From NCBI GenBank assembly GCA_900542355.1, contig UQNE01000002.1, positions 56,957-120,956 of the forward strand: a stretch of 64,000 bases of DNA. The letters run 5' to 3'. The notes below the pieces were generated by a model. That model was not told the DNA's origin, did no database searches, and worked only from the letters and a program-made list of their open reading frames with translations. The DNA is from an uncultured Bacteroidales bacterium (lineage in GTDB: Bacteria; Bacteroidota; Bacteroidia; Bacteroidales; Paludibacteraceae). How positions within the stretch are numbered: the stretch's first letter is position 1; each line of letters begins with the position of its first letter. Of the stretch, positions 48,272 through 58,315 are shown piece after piece. The position numbers were made by a program, and so were the translations under genes.

Positions 48272-51200
48272 ATGAAGAAGTTTAATGAGTACAAACAACT
48301 CAATCTGCCGGAGTTGAGCCGAGAGGTATTGGCGGATTGGGAGAAAGAAGACCTATTCCACAAGAGTATAGAGACACGCGAGGGACACCCTGCGTTCCTT
48401 TTCTTTGAGGGTCCCCCTTCTGCCAACGGTATGCCGGGTATTCACCATGTGTTGGCGCGTACTATCAAAGATACTTTCTGCCGCTATAAGACCATGCAAG
48501 GGTATCAGGTGCGCCGTAAAGCCGGCTGGGATACACACGGACTGCCCGTAGAACTGGGTGTGGAGAAGATGCTGGGCATCACCAAAGAGGATATAGGTAA
48601 GAAAATCAGCGTGGACGAATACAACGCTGCCTGCCGACGCGAGGTGATGAAATACACCAAAGAGTGGACGGCACTGACCAAGCAAATGGGCTATTGGGTG
48701 GATCTGGAGAACCCTTACATCACTTACGACAATAAGTATATCGAGACCTTGTGGTACTTGCTCAAACGCCTGTACGATAACGGTTATCTTTATAAGGGTT
48801 ACACCATTCAGCCCTATTCTCCCGCTGCGGGAACGGGCTTGTCGTCGCACGAGTTGAACCAACCGGGGTGTTACCGAGATGTGAAAGACACCACTTGCAC
48901 GGCTCAGTTCCGTATCACCGACCAAGAGGGCAGCAGTGCATATCACGACTTGTTTGCCCTTGTGGCAAAAGAGAATCTGCCGCTCTACGCCTTGGCGTGG
49001 ACCACTACACCGTGGACACTGCCGAGCAATACCGCCCTCTGCGTAGGACCGAAGATTGACTATGTCGTTGTGCGTGGAGAGAACCCCTACACGAAGATTG
49101 GTGCATTGTATCTGTTGGCAGAAGCACGCTTGGCTGCTTATGGCAAGGAGTTGGGCGAGACGCCCGAGGTACTATGGCGCGGCAAGGGAACAGACCTCGT
49201 GGGGCTGCACTATGAGCAGTTGATACCGTGGGCAAAACCTGACGGCGACGCCTTCCGCATGATAGCAGGCGATTATGTAACCACCGAAGACGGTACGGGT
49301 ATCGTACATATTGCGCCTACCTTTGGTGCGGACGATGCATTCGTAGCCAAAAAAGCCGACATCGCCGGAATGGTGTTCTTGACAAAGAAAGGCGAGCAGC
49401 GACCAATGGTGGACATGACGGGTAAGTTCTTCCTCTTGGAGGACTTAGACGATGCGTTCGTAGCTAAGCATATCGATGTAGAGGCATACAAGCCTTGGGC
49501 AGGACGCTTCGTGAAGAACGCCTACGACCCCAATCTCACAGACAAAGATGAGACCTTAGACATCGCTATCTGCATGGTGCTGAAAGCCGAAAACAAGGCG
49601 TTCAAAATAGAGAAACATATCCACAACTATCCTCACTGCTGGCGTACGGATAAGCCTGTCCTCTACTACCCGCTCGACTCATGGTTCATCCGCTCCACCA
49701 AGGCACGCGAGGAGATGATTCGCCTCAACAACACCATCCATTGGCAACCCGAATCGACCGGCACAGGGCGCTTCGGCAAATGGCTGGAAAACCTGAACGA
49801 CTGGAACCTGTCGCGCTCGCGCTACTGGGGTACGCCGCTGCCTATTTGGCGCACCGAGGACGGCAAAGAGGAGATATGTATCGGCAGTATCAAAGAGTTG
49901 TTCGAGGAGATAGATAAGTCCGTCAAAGCCGGCTTTATGAAGACTAACCCCTGGCCGAAACATGTCGTGGGCGACTACTCGAAAGAGAACTACGACCCGA
50001 GCGTGATAGATCTGCACCGCCCGTATGTGGACAGCATCGTACTATGCTCGCCGAGCGGCAAACCGATGAAGCGCGAATTGGACTTGATCGATGTATGGTT
50101 CGACTCGGGAGCAATGCCCTACGCGCAGAACCACTATCCGTTTGAAAATCAGGACGCTCCGCGTACAGCAGATTTCATCTCCGAGGGCGTGGATCAGACG
50201 CGCGGTTGGTTCTTTACGCTGCACGCCATCCATACGATGATAGAAGACAAAGTGGCGTACAAGAATGTGATTTCTAACGGATTAGTGCTGGATAAGAACG
50301 GCAATAAGATGTCGAAACGACTGGGAAACGCCGTCGATCCGTTCGCTACATTGGATAAGTACGGAGCCGACCCGGTGCGCTGGTATATGCTCACCAACTC
50401 CAGTCCGTGGGACAACCTGAAGTTCGACCCCGAGGGCGTAGATGAGATACGCCGTAAGTTCTTTGGTACACTATACAACACCTATGGTTTCTTTGCGCTC
50501 TATGCTAATGTGGACGGCTGGCAACCCGAGTCGGCACAAGGCTTAGACAAGGCTGCGCTGACGGAGATAGATAAGTGGGTACTGAGCCGCCTCAACTCGC
50601 TCATAGAAGAGGTTACCGCCGATTACGAGGCTTATGAACCTACCAAGGCAGGCCGTGCTATATCCGACTTTGTGCAAGACGACCTAAGCAACTGGTATGT
50701 GCGCCTCAACCGCAAGCGTTTCTGGGGCGGCGAGATGGATGCCGATAAGCAAGCAGCCTATCAGACACTCTATACCTGCCTGAAGACTATTGCGCAACTG
50801 ATGGCGCCCAATGCACCATTCTTCGGCGACCGACTCTACCGAGACTTAACCGGCAAGACCGTACATCTGAGCGATTGGCCAAAAGCCGACAAGGCACTCA
50901 TCAACCATACCTTAGAGCGCAGTATGTACCTTGCGCAACAGGCTACATCGATGATTCTGAGCCTGCGTAAACGCGCAGAGAAGAATGTGCGCCAGCCTTT
51001 GCAGAAAGCAGTAATTCCTGCGCCCGACAAAGAGACGCTCGAGGCTCTGCTCCATGTGCAAGACCTGATAAAGAGCGAGGTGAATGTGAAAGAGTTGGTC
51101 ATCACCACGGCGGAGAACTCGGAGGTGAAACTCGTGAAGAAAATCAAACCGAACTTCAAAGTATTGGGTAAGAAAGTAGGCGGCAAGATGAAAGAGTTGG

Positions 51201-51643
51201 CAGCCGCCATTGCGAAGATGAACCAAGATGAGATAGCGCAGTTTGAGGCTATGGGCACCTATCGCTTGGCAGATGTGGACCTGGTGAGCGAAGATGTGGA
51301 TATCATCACAGAGGATATGCCCGGGTGGCTAGTGGCTAACAATGGTATATTGACCATCGCTCTCGATATCGAACTGAACAACGCGCTCATCGAAGAGGGT
51401 GTGGCACGCGAACTGATCAACCGCATTCAGAACTTGCGCAAGACTTCGGGCTTGGAGATAACCGACCGCATAGAGATTGCTATCGAGCGTCGTGAGGAGA
51501 TAGCCGCAGCCGTAGAGCACTGCCGTGAGTATATCGCCTCGCAAGTGTTGGCAACAAGCCTCACCTTAGTCGATCACCTCACCGACCCCCAGACCCTCGA
51601 TATGGATACCTACACAGTAAACATCACCATCAAAAAGGCATAA
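48272..51643 (+). CDS. ileS: isoleucine--tRNA ligase
   Basis: 1123 aa with HIGH-class motifs (PPSANGMPGIHH), KMSKR, and a C-terminal Zn-finger-less type-2 extension. Confidence 0.97.
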   Translation: MKKFNEYKQLNLPELSREVLADWEKEDLFHKSIETREGHPAFLFFEGPPSANGMPGIHHVLARTIKDTFCRYKTMQGYQVRRKAGWDTHGLPVELGVEKMLGITKEDIGKKISVDEYNAACRREVMKYTKEWTALTKQMGYWVDLENPYITYDNKYIETLWYLLKRLYDNGYLYKGYTIQPYSPAAGTGLSSHELNQPGCYRDVKDTTCTAQFRITDQEGSSAYHDLFALVAKENLPLYALAWTTTPWTLPSNTALCVGPKIDYVVVRGENPYTKIGALYLLAEARLAAYGKELGETPEVLWRGKGTDLVGLHYEQLIPWAKPDGDAFRMIAGDYVTTEDGTGIVHIAPTFGADDAFVAKKADIAGMVFLTKKGEQRPMVDMTGKFFLLEDLDDAFVAKHIDVEAYKPWAGRFVKNAYDPNLTDKDETLDIAICMVLKAENKAFKIEKHIHNYPHCWRTDKPVLYYPLDSWFIRSTKAREEMIRLNNTIHWQPESTGTGRFGKWLENLNDWNLSRSRYWGTPLPIWRTEDGKEEICIGSIKELFEEIDKSVKAGFMKTNPWPKHVVGDYSKENYDPSVIDLHRPYVDSIVLCSPSGKPMKRELDLIDVWFDSGAMPYAQNHYPFENQDAPRTADFISEGVDQTRGWFFTLHAIHTMIEDKVAYKNVISNGLVLDKNGNKMSKRLGNAVDPFATLDKYGADPVRWYMLTNSSPWDNLKFDPEGVDEIRRKFFGTLYNTYGFFALYANVDGWQPESAQGLDKAALTEIDKWVLSRLNSLIEEVTADYEAYEPTKAGRAISDFVQDDLSNWYVRLNRKRFWGGEMDADKQAAYQTLYTCLKTIAQLMAPNAPFFGDRLYRDLTGKTVHLSDWPKADKALINHTLERSMYLAQQATSMILSLRKRAEKNVRQPLQKAVIPAPDKETLEALLHVQDLIKSEVNVKELVITTAENSEVKLVKKIKPNFKVLGKKVGGKMKELAAAIAKMNQDEIAQFEAMGTYRLADVDLVSEDVDIITEDMPGWLVANNGILTIALDIELNNALIEEGVARELINRIQNLRKTSGLEITDRIEIAIERREEIAAAVEHCREYIASQVLATSLTLVDHLTDPQTLDMDTYTVNITIKKA

Positions 51644-51647
51644 CGAT

Positions 51648-52064
51648 ATGAAAAAGAATATCTTACGAATTGCCCTCGTGGCATTGGTCGGCGTAGTGAT
51701 GACGGCGTGCGTCGGCATGGAAGCACCTACTTTCTCGCAGAGCGATCTGCTCGGATTATGGCAGGAGAACGACACAAAACACTATGTCCGTTTCACCACC
51801 GAGCAAGCCGACTCGGCGTATATGTATGCGCGTGAGTGGGATGAATCGGAGGATGTAACGGAAGGCGACCTGAAGCCTTATGGCAACGGGTGGTTCAAGT
51901 GGAAACTGGTGCAGACCGACCTGACCGAAATACACCTGATGGACAACGGCGGCGCAGAGATTCCTAAGATCTTTACGGTTACCAAACTGACCGGTAGCGA
52001 GTTGCAATACAAAGACGATTATAAAAAGACACATTCGTACCAAAAAGTGGTAAGTGTGAAATGA
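51648..52064 (+). CDS. small lipoprotein of unknown function
   Basis: MKKNILRIALVALVGVVMTAC with lipobox. Overlaps the next gene by 4 nt. Confidence 0.55.
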   Translation: MKKNILRIALVALVGVVMTACVGMEAPTFSQSDLLGLWQENDTKHYVRFTTEQADSAYMYAREWDESEDVTEGDLKPYGNGWFKWKLVQTDLTEIHLMDNGGAEIPKIFTVTKLTGSELQYKDDYKKTHSYQKVVSVK

Positions 52065-55000
52065 AACGCTTTTGGAAGATACTAGGTATTACCATCGGAG
52101 CAATAGTCGGCGTGGTGCTAGTCGTGGTGTGTGTGGCTATATGGATAGTCTTCACGCCCGAGCGACTGACACCTATCGCACGCCAGGCAGCAGATAAATA
52201 CATCACCTGCGAACACGAGTTGGGCGAGGTAGATTTGACTTTCTTTTCTACCTTCCCCGAGTTTGGCTTGCGTGTGGACGGACTGTATCTGATCAATCCC
52301 ACAGAGGGCGCACAAAGCGATACGCTGTTGGCAGCACCGAAGGTGGTAGCCACGGTGGATGTGGTAGAGTTTCTCAAGTATAGCCGCTTGGTTATCCATG
52401 AGTTGTCGCTGCCCGGTGCGGTGGCGAATGTATATATCGCCGAGGACGGCAAGACCAATTTTGATGTCTTTGCTCTGTCGTCAGATACCACTGTTTCAGA
52501 CACCACTTCATCGGGTCTGCCGTTCGAGCAGATACACATCGACGCTGCTTCGGTGGAGGCTCGATATATCTCGTTGGTGGATAGGAAAGACAGCCTGTCG
52601 GCTTCGCTGGCGAATACAACGCTTAGCGTGCGTGCAGACGGTTGGGACGATATGTCGCTGACCTTAGCGTCGGAGGCAGTGAGTGCCTCTATGGGCGATA
52701 CACAGTATGCCGACAGCCTGCAAGTAGCACTCTCCCTACCGGCTTCGGTGGACTTAGACGCCATGCATTTTGCACTCCGCAAAGCCACCCTGCAGGTGAA
52801 CGAGTTTGCATTGCAGTTAGACGGTACTGTCGATGTAACGGACTCTATCGGATTAGATATGAGCGTATGCGCACGCGAGTGGCAAATCAAACCGCTGTTA
52901 GCCCTACTGCCCGCATCACTGACGGACATGCTCCGTGAGATAGAGGTAGATGGTGTGGTGTCGCTCCAAGCCGATGTGCGCGGTGTGTATAGCGAGGCGC
53001 AGATGCCGCAGGTAGATGCTCATATCGTATTAGCAGACGGCGAGGGCAAGTATGCGGCGTTGCCTTACACGCTGCGTGATGTGGCGTTGGATGCCGACGC
53101 ACATATCGACCTCAATGATGACAAGGCAAGTCGTGTGCAGATTCATTCGCTGGCAGCGAAGACACGAGATACGCAGGTAGAGGCAGCAGGCGAGGTGAGC
53201 GAACTGATGGCAGACATGTTGCTCGACCTCGAACTGACTGCCGATGTACATCTGCCCGACATTGCTTATTTCTTGCCCGATAGTATGCAGGTGGAAGGCG
53301 ATGCCGAGGGAAAAGTAAGTGCCAAGATACGCCTGAGCGACCTGACGGATATGCGCTTAGAGCGTGGTCGGTTCAGCGGAGATATGCGTCTGAAAGGTGT
53401 TGATTTCCAAATGGATAGCATGCTCGCTCAGTTGCCCGACACGCGTTTGCAGTTCAGTTTGCCTAACCCTAAGCCCTCGCATAAGTCGGTAGACTGGTTG
53501 GCGGCGCAGTTGTCGCTACAAGGCGTTGATTTTGAGATGATTGATGCGCTAAAAGCGCAACTCGGGCAGACCGAGGTGCAGATAGAGGCAAGCAATGTGT
53601 TGGGTAGCAGTCCGCTGCTATGCGCCGCTATCGGCTTGCAGTCAGCCGCACCGCTACACGCTGCCATGGATAGCATGGAAGCCACTATCGCAGCACCGCA
53701 ACTGAAAGCGTATGCCGAGTACAACACCAAGGACTCGACCGCAGTGCCTACGCTGCAAGCCAACTTGTCGTTCGATGATCTGCGCGGGTACTACACCGAT
53801 ATGAAAGCCCACTTGCAGCACTCCACTTTGGAGGCTAATCTCCGTGCAGGTAAGCGCGATAAGTCGGTGCCTCGATTGGAAGCCGCAGTGCGTACACGGG
53901 CATTGGAGGCATCGATGGGCGAGGATATGCAGGTGAAGACAGGTGCGTTGTCGCTCGGTGCGTCGGCGCGATACAATAAGCAGGGCGAGAACATCCTCTT
54001 GCAATGGAACCCGAAGTTGGATGTAGATTTGCAGGCAGGAGAAGCGCATCTTGCTGCTATCGACAAGCCGATATATGTGCCGCAGATTAGTTTCACCTAT
54101 TCCAATAAGGACTTCCGGATTGCCAAGTCGCAAGTGCGGATAGGCAATTCAGACTTTGCGTTGTCGGGCGAGGTGCAGAATATCGGTGCTTGGTTGCGCA
54201 AAGAGGGGGTATTGGAAGGCGAGTTGAATTTCGTGTCTGACCATACGGATGTCAATGAGTTGATGGCACTTTGTTCTGCCGACTCGGGCAGCGAGGAGCA
54301 ACCTGCTACAACGCAGGCCGATAGCAGTGCGCCCGCTACGGATACCGCCAAAGATACCACTCAAGAGGCTGAGGCTTCACCGTTCTTAGTACCGCTCGGC
54401 GTAGATGTGGCACTGAATACGCACATCAAAGAGGCGGTGGTATTTAACGAAGTAGCGCACGACCTAAAGGGTAAACTCTACATTAAAGACGGTACACTGG
54501 TATTAGACGAGATGGGCTTTGTATGCAATGCAGCGAAGTTGCAACTGACCGCCATGTATCGTACCCCGCGCCGAAACCATATCTATGTCGGCTTCGACTA
54601 TCACATGTTGGATATCGACATCGCCGAACTGATACGCATGATTCCGCAGTTGGACTCGATAGTACCGATGTTGCGCTCGTTCAAAGGCGCAGCGGAGTTC
54701 CATTTGGCTGCCGAGACCTACACCAACGCCAAGTATGAGTTGAAGCCTTCTACCCTGCGCGGTGCATGCAGCATATTCGGAAAAGACCTTGTTGTGATGG
54801 ATAGCAAGACCTTTAGCACTATATCTAAACTGTTGTTATTCAACAAGAAAACCGAGAACAAAGTGGATAGCATATCCGCTGAACTGACGGTGTATAAGAA
54901 AGAGATAGATGTGTATCCGTTCTGCGTATCGCTCGACAACTATATGGTGGCACTAGGCGGACGGCACAACCTGGATATGACTTTCAACTACGATATCAAT

Positions 55001-55186
55001 GTGCTATCACCTATCTACTTAGGTGTGAATGTGTCGGGTAACATCGACGACTTGAAGATTAAGTTGGCAAAGTGCAAGTTCGCCAAAGACTTCAAGCCCC
55101 ACTTCCACAACGCCGTAGATACACAATCTGCCGAGTTACGGCAGATGATACGCGAATCAATGCGCAAGAATGTAAAAATCAAATAA
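52061..55186 (+). CDS. AsmA-family protein (outer-membrane assembly, AsmA/TamB-like)
   Basis: N-terminal signal anchor, then a ~1000-aa repetitive beta-rich domain. Confidence 0.65.
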   Translation: MKRFWKILGITIGAIVGVVLVVVCVAIWIVFTPERLTPIARQAADKYITCEHELGEVDLTFFSTFPEFGLRVDGLYLINPTEGAQSDTLLAAPKVVATVDVVEFLKYSRLVIHELSLPGAVANVYIAEDGKTNFDVFALSSDTTVSDTTSSGLPFEQIHIDAASVEARYISLVDRKDSLSASLANTTLSVRADGWDDMSLTLASEAVSASMGDTQYADSLQVALSLPASVDLDAMHFALRKATLQVNEFALQLDGTVDVTDSIGLDMSVCAREWQIKPLLALLPASLTDMLREIEVDGVVSLQADVRGVYSEAQMPQVDAHIVLADGEGKYAALPYTLRDVALDADAHIDLNDDKASRVQIHSLAAKTRDTQVEAAGEVSELMADMLLDLELTADVHLPDIAYFLPDSMQVEGDAEGKVSAKIRLSDLTDMRLERGRFSGDMRLKGVDFQMDSMLAQLPDTRLQFSLPNPKPSHKSVDWLAAQLSLQGVDFEMIDALKAQLGQTEVQIEASNVLGSSPLLCAAIGLQSAAPLHAAMDSMEATIAAPQLKAYAEYNTKDSTAVPTLQANLSFDDLRGYYTDMKAHLQHSTLEANLRAGKRDKSVPRLEAAVRTRALEASMGEDMQVKTGALSLGASARYNKQGENILLQWNPKLDVDLQAGEAHLAAIDKPIYVPQISFTYSNKDFRIAKSQVRIGNSDFALSGEVQNIGAWLRKEGVLEGELNFVSDHTDVNELMALCSADSGSEEQPATTQADSSAPATDTAKDTTQEAEASPFLVPLGVDVALNTHIKEAVVFNEVAHDLKGKLYIKDGTLVLDEMGFVCNAAKLQLTAMYRTPRRNHIYVGFDYHMLDIDIAELIRMIPQLDSIVPMLRSFKGAAEFHLAAETYTNAKYELKPSTLRGACSIFGKDLVVMDSKTFSTISKLLLFNKKTENKVDSISAELTVYKKEIDVYPFCVSLDNYMVALGGRHNLDMTFNYDINVLSPIYLGVNVSGNIDDLKIKLAKCKFAKDFKPHFHNAVDTQSAELRQMIRESMRKNVKIK

Positions 55187-55189
55187 GAT

Positions 55190-57283
55190 ATGAAGAAACT
55201 GCTTTTAACGAGCCTGTTGCTCTGTACGCTTATGGCATGTAAGAATCAAAATCCGTTCTTGTCGGAGCAGAATACTCCTTATGGTGTTCCTGCGTTTGAC
55301 AAAGTAAAAATCGAGCATTATATGCCGGCTTTTGAAGCGGCTATTGCTCAAAACAAGGCTGAGATAGCAGCGATAGTATCTAATCCTGCGGAGCCGACCT
55401 TTGACAATACCATTGTAGCACTTGACCGCAGCGGACTGCTGCTGGAGCAAGTGAGTGGCGTATTCTTCAATGTGCTGGAAGCAGACGGCAATGAGGAGAT
55501 GAACCGTATCGCAGAGGAGGTAACGCCGATGCTATCGAACTTGAGCGATGGTATATTGCTCAACGACAGTTTGTTCCGCCGAGTAAAGGCAGTGTACGAC
55601 CAGCGTGAGCAACTGGGGCTCAACGCTGAGCAGATGCGCTTGGTAACAGAGACATACAAGCATTTTGCGTTGAACGGGGCTAACCTGCAACCCGAGCAGA
55701 AAGAGCGTCTGAAAGAAATCAATAGCGAGTTAGGCTTGCTCTCACTACAGTTTGGCAACAATGTAGTGGCGGAGACCAATGCTTACCAACTCTTCGTTAC
55801 CGACGAGAATGAACTGAAAGGTCTGCCCGAGAGCGCGAAAGCCGCAGCCAAAGAGGAGGCCACAGCGGCAGGTCGCCCCGATGCATGGCTCTTCACGCCG
55901 AAGCGCACGAGTTTTACGCCGGTGCTGCAATACTGTGAGAACCGTGAGTTGCGCAAAGAACTGCTGATGGCATACACCACTCGCGGCAACCACGACAATG
56001 AATACGACAACAAGGCGGTAATCGTAAAGACGATGAAGTTGCGTGTAGAGAAAGCGCACCTCTTTGGATACGATTGTCCTGCTGACTATATCTTAGCCGA
56101 CTGTATGGCAAAGGACGCTAAGACCGTAGATGCTTTCCTGCAATCGGTATGGGAACCGAGTCTGAATGCAGCCAAGCGTGAGGCAGCCGAGTTGCAGGCC
56201 TTGATGAATGAAGACTTGCCCGGCGAGGAGTTGCAGCCATGGGATTGGTGGTACTATGCAGAGAAACTGCGCAAAGCCAAATACGACCTTGATGAGGAGC
56301 AACTGAAACCCTATTTCGAGTTGAGCAATGTTCGCAGGGGCGTGTTTGAGTTGGCACACAACCTGTATGGGCTGAACTTCGAGCAACTGACGGATATGCC
56401 TGTTTACAACCCCGAAGTAGAGGTATTCAAAGTATCTGACGAGGAAGGAAACTTGGTAGGTATTCTCTATACCGACTATTTCCCACGCGCAGGCAAGCGC
56501 CCGGGAGCATGGATGAACAATATCCAAAGCCAGTATGTGGACGCAGAGGGTGTGGATCATCGCCCCGTAATCATCAATGTAGGTAACTTCAATAAGCCCA
56601 CCAAGGGCAACCCGTCGTTGCTCTCGATGGACGATGTAGAGACACTGTTCCACGAGTTCGGACACGCTCTCCATGGTCTGCTATCAAAGGCCACCTATAA
56701 GAGTCTGTCGGGAACGAACACACCGCGTGACTTTGTGGAACTACCGTCGCAGTTTATGGAGAACTATTGCTATCGCCCTGAGATAATGAAAACTTATGCG
56801 TTCCACTATCAGACAGGCGAAGTGATACCCGATTCGCTGATCCAAAAAATCAACAATGCTAAGACCTTCAACCAAGGGTTTGTAGAGACCGAACTGCTCT
56901 CGGCATCGATATTGGATATGGATTATCACGAGATCACCGACACTACGGACTTTGATGTGAATGTATTTGAAGCCGAATCGATGGCAAAAATGCAGATGAT
57001 TCCGCAGATTATCACCCGCTATCGCTCCACTTTCTACAACCATATCTTCACAACGGGTTACGAGGCAGGTTATTACAGTTACACTTGGTCGGCCGTATTG
57101 GACGCAGATGCTTTTGCTGCGTTTGAGGAGACGGGCGATGTGCTCAACCCCGAAGTAGCAAAGCGTTTCCGCCACCTGCTAGAGCAAGGCGGTACACGCG
57201 ATGCAACCGAACTCTATCAGGAGTTCCGCGGCAAGCCTGCGGACGCTAAGTACCTGCTTGAGCGCAAAGGTTTTGTAGAGTAG
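55190..57283 (+). CDS. dcp: M3-family metallopeptidase, peptidyl-dipeptidase Dcp-like lipoprotein
   Basis: HEFGHALH zinc motif, ~700 aa, with lipobox LLLCTLMAC. Confidence 0.85.
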   Translation: MKKLLLTSLLLCTLMACKNQNPFLSEQNTPYGVPAFDKVKIEHYMPAFEAAIAQNKAEIAAIVSNPAEPTFDNTIVALDRSGLLLEQVSGVFFNVLEADGNEEMNRIAEEVTPMLSNLSDGILLNDSLFRRVKAVYDQREQLGLNAEQMRLVTETYKHFALNGANLQPEQKERLKEINSELGLLSLQFGNNVVAETNAYQLFVTDENELKGLPESAKAAAKEEATAAGRPDAWLFTPKRTSFTPVLQYCENRELRKELLMAYTTRGNHDNEYDNKAVIVKTMKLRVEKAHLFGYDCPADYILADCMAKDAKTVDAFLQSVWEPSLNAAKREAAELQALMNEDLPGEELQPWDWWYYAEKLRKAKYDLDEEQLKPYFELSNVRRGVFELAHNLYGLNFEQLTDMPVYNPEVEVFKVSDEEGNLVGILYTDYFPRAGKRPGAWMNNIQSQYVDAEGVDHRPVIINVGNFNKPTKGNPSLLSMDDVETLFHEFGHALHGLLSKATYKSLSGTNTPRDFVELPSQFMENYCYRPEIMKTYAFHYQTGEVIPDSLIQKINNAKTFNQGFVETELLSASILDMDYHEITDTTDFDVNVFEAESMAKMQMIPQIITRYRSTFYNHIFTTGYEAGYYSYTWSAVLDADAFAAFEETGDVLNPEVAKRFRHLLEQGGTRDATELYQEFRGKPADAKYLLERKGFVE

Positions 57284-57367
57284 TTTTCTAAGGTTGTCGA
57301 TGTGGATGTGATAGCCGGAAACCAACATTCCTTTTGGGCAAAAGTCCGGCAATGAAGCGGTAAAGAT

Positions 57368-58300
57368 ATGGCAATGAAGTTTCTTGCTCGCAGTACGCGT
57401 ATGCCTCTGCCGATAGCGTTGGTGCTGTCGGCAGTGGTGTTGTGCGGTTGGATACCGGCGTTTATGGCTCAAGATTGGCGTTTGGTACTTCCGACAATGC
57501 TGTTGGCGGTGCTGAATGCGTTTGTGTTTTGGGGCTTTACCATACAGACCAAATTAGTTTCGCTGCGTGAGTGGGACGGCTTGCCTATTTTTATCTATCT
57601 GCTGTCGGCAACGGCTTGTACGCAGTATGCCACCTACTGGCAAGGGCAAGTGGCGGTATTGGGCGGGCTGATTGTGTTGTATGGTTTGCAGCGGTGTTTC
57701 CGCGAGGAAGAACCGACAGAGACCGCATTCTTGAGTTCGCTGTTGCTATGCTTGTGCTCGTTGGTGTTGCCGGATATGGTGTGGCTCATAGCCGTGCTGT
57801 GGGTGGCATTTATGATACTGCACTGTTTCGGTTTGCGCGTATGGCTCGCTACTCTGATAGGCGCAAGCGTGTTTGCCGTTTATTTTCTGATAGCCCTATA
57901 TTTCGGTTGGATAGACAATGTGTATGGGGCGTTGTTTGTGCGCCGATGGCTGTTCGGCGGTGCGATGTGGTGGCGCGAGATAGCCACTGCGGTGGTGATT
58001 ATGTTGGCGATAGTGTATGGGATAGGCGCGATGCTGCGTGTGGATAGGGATAGCACCAACCAGCAGAACTCGCTGCTATTGTTCGTGTTGCTGTTTGTGG
58101 TCTGTGCCGGACTGTCGTTAGCACCGATGTCTTGCTCGGCATTTGCAATATGCCATTCGATGATGCCGATGCTCTGCTTGGTGTATGTGGGGCTGGCAGT
58201 GTTGTATTTTAGGCAGGAAGAGAGTATCGCCCGCGGCGTATGGTATTGGCTGAGCATTGTGCTGCTGATAGGGTGCTATGTACTCAATCTGATGCTGTGA
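57368..58300 (+). CDS. polytopic integral membrane protein of unknown function
   Basis: 8-9 predicted TM helices. No recognised catalytic motif. Confidence 0.5.
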   Translation: MAMKFLARSTRMPLPIALVLSAVVLCGWIPAFMAQDWRLVLPTMLLAVLNAFVFWGFTIQTKLVSLREWDGLPIFIYLLSATACTQYATYWQGQVAVLGGLIVLYGLQRCFREEEPTETAFLSSLLLCLCSLVLPDMVWLIAVLWVAFMILHCFGLRVWLATLIGASVFAVYFLIALYFGWIDNVYGALFVRRWLFGGAMWWREIATAVVIMLAIVYGIGAMLRVDRDSTNQQNSLLLFVLLFVVCAGLSLAPMSCSAFAICHSMMPMLCLVYVGLAVLYFRQEESIARGVWYWLSIVLLIGCYVLNLML

Positions 58301-58315
58301 TTTCTTGGACAGACA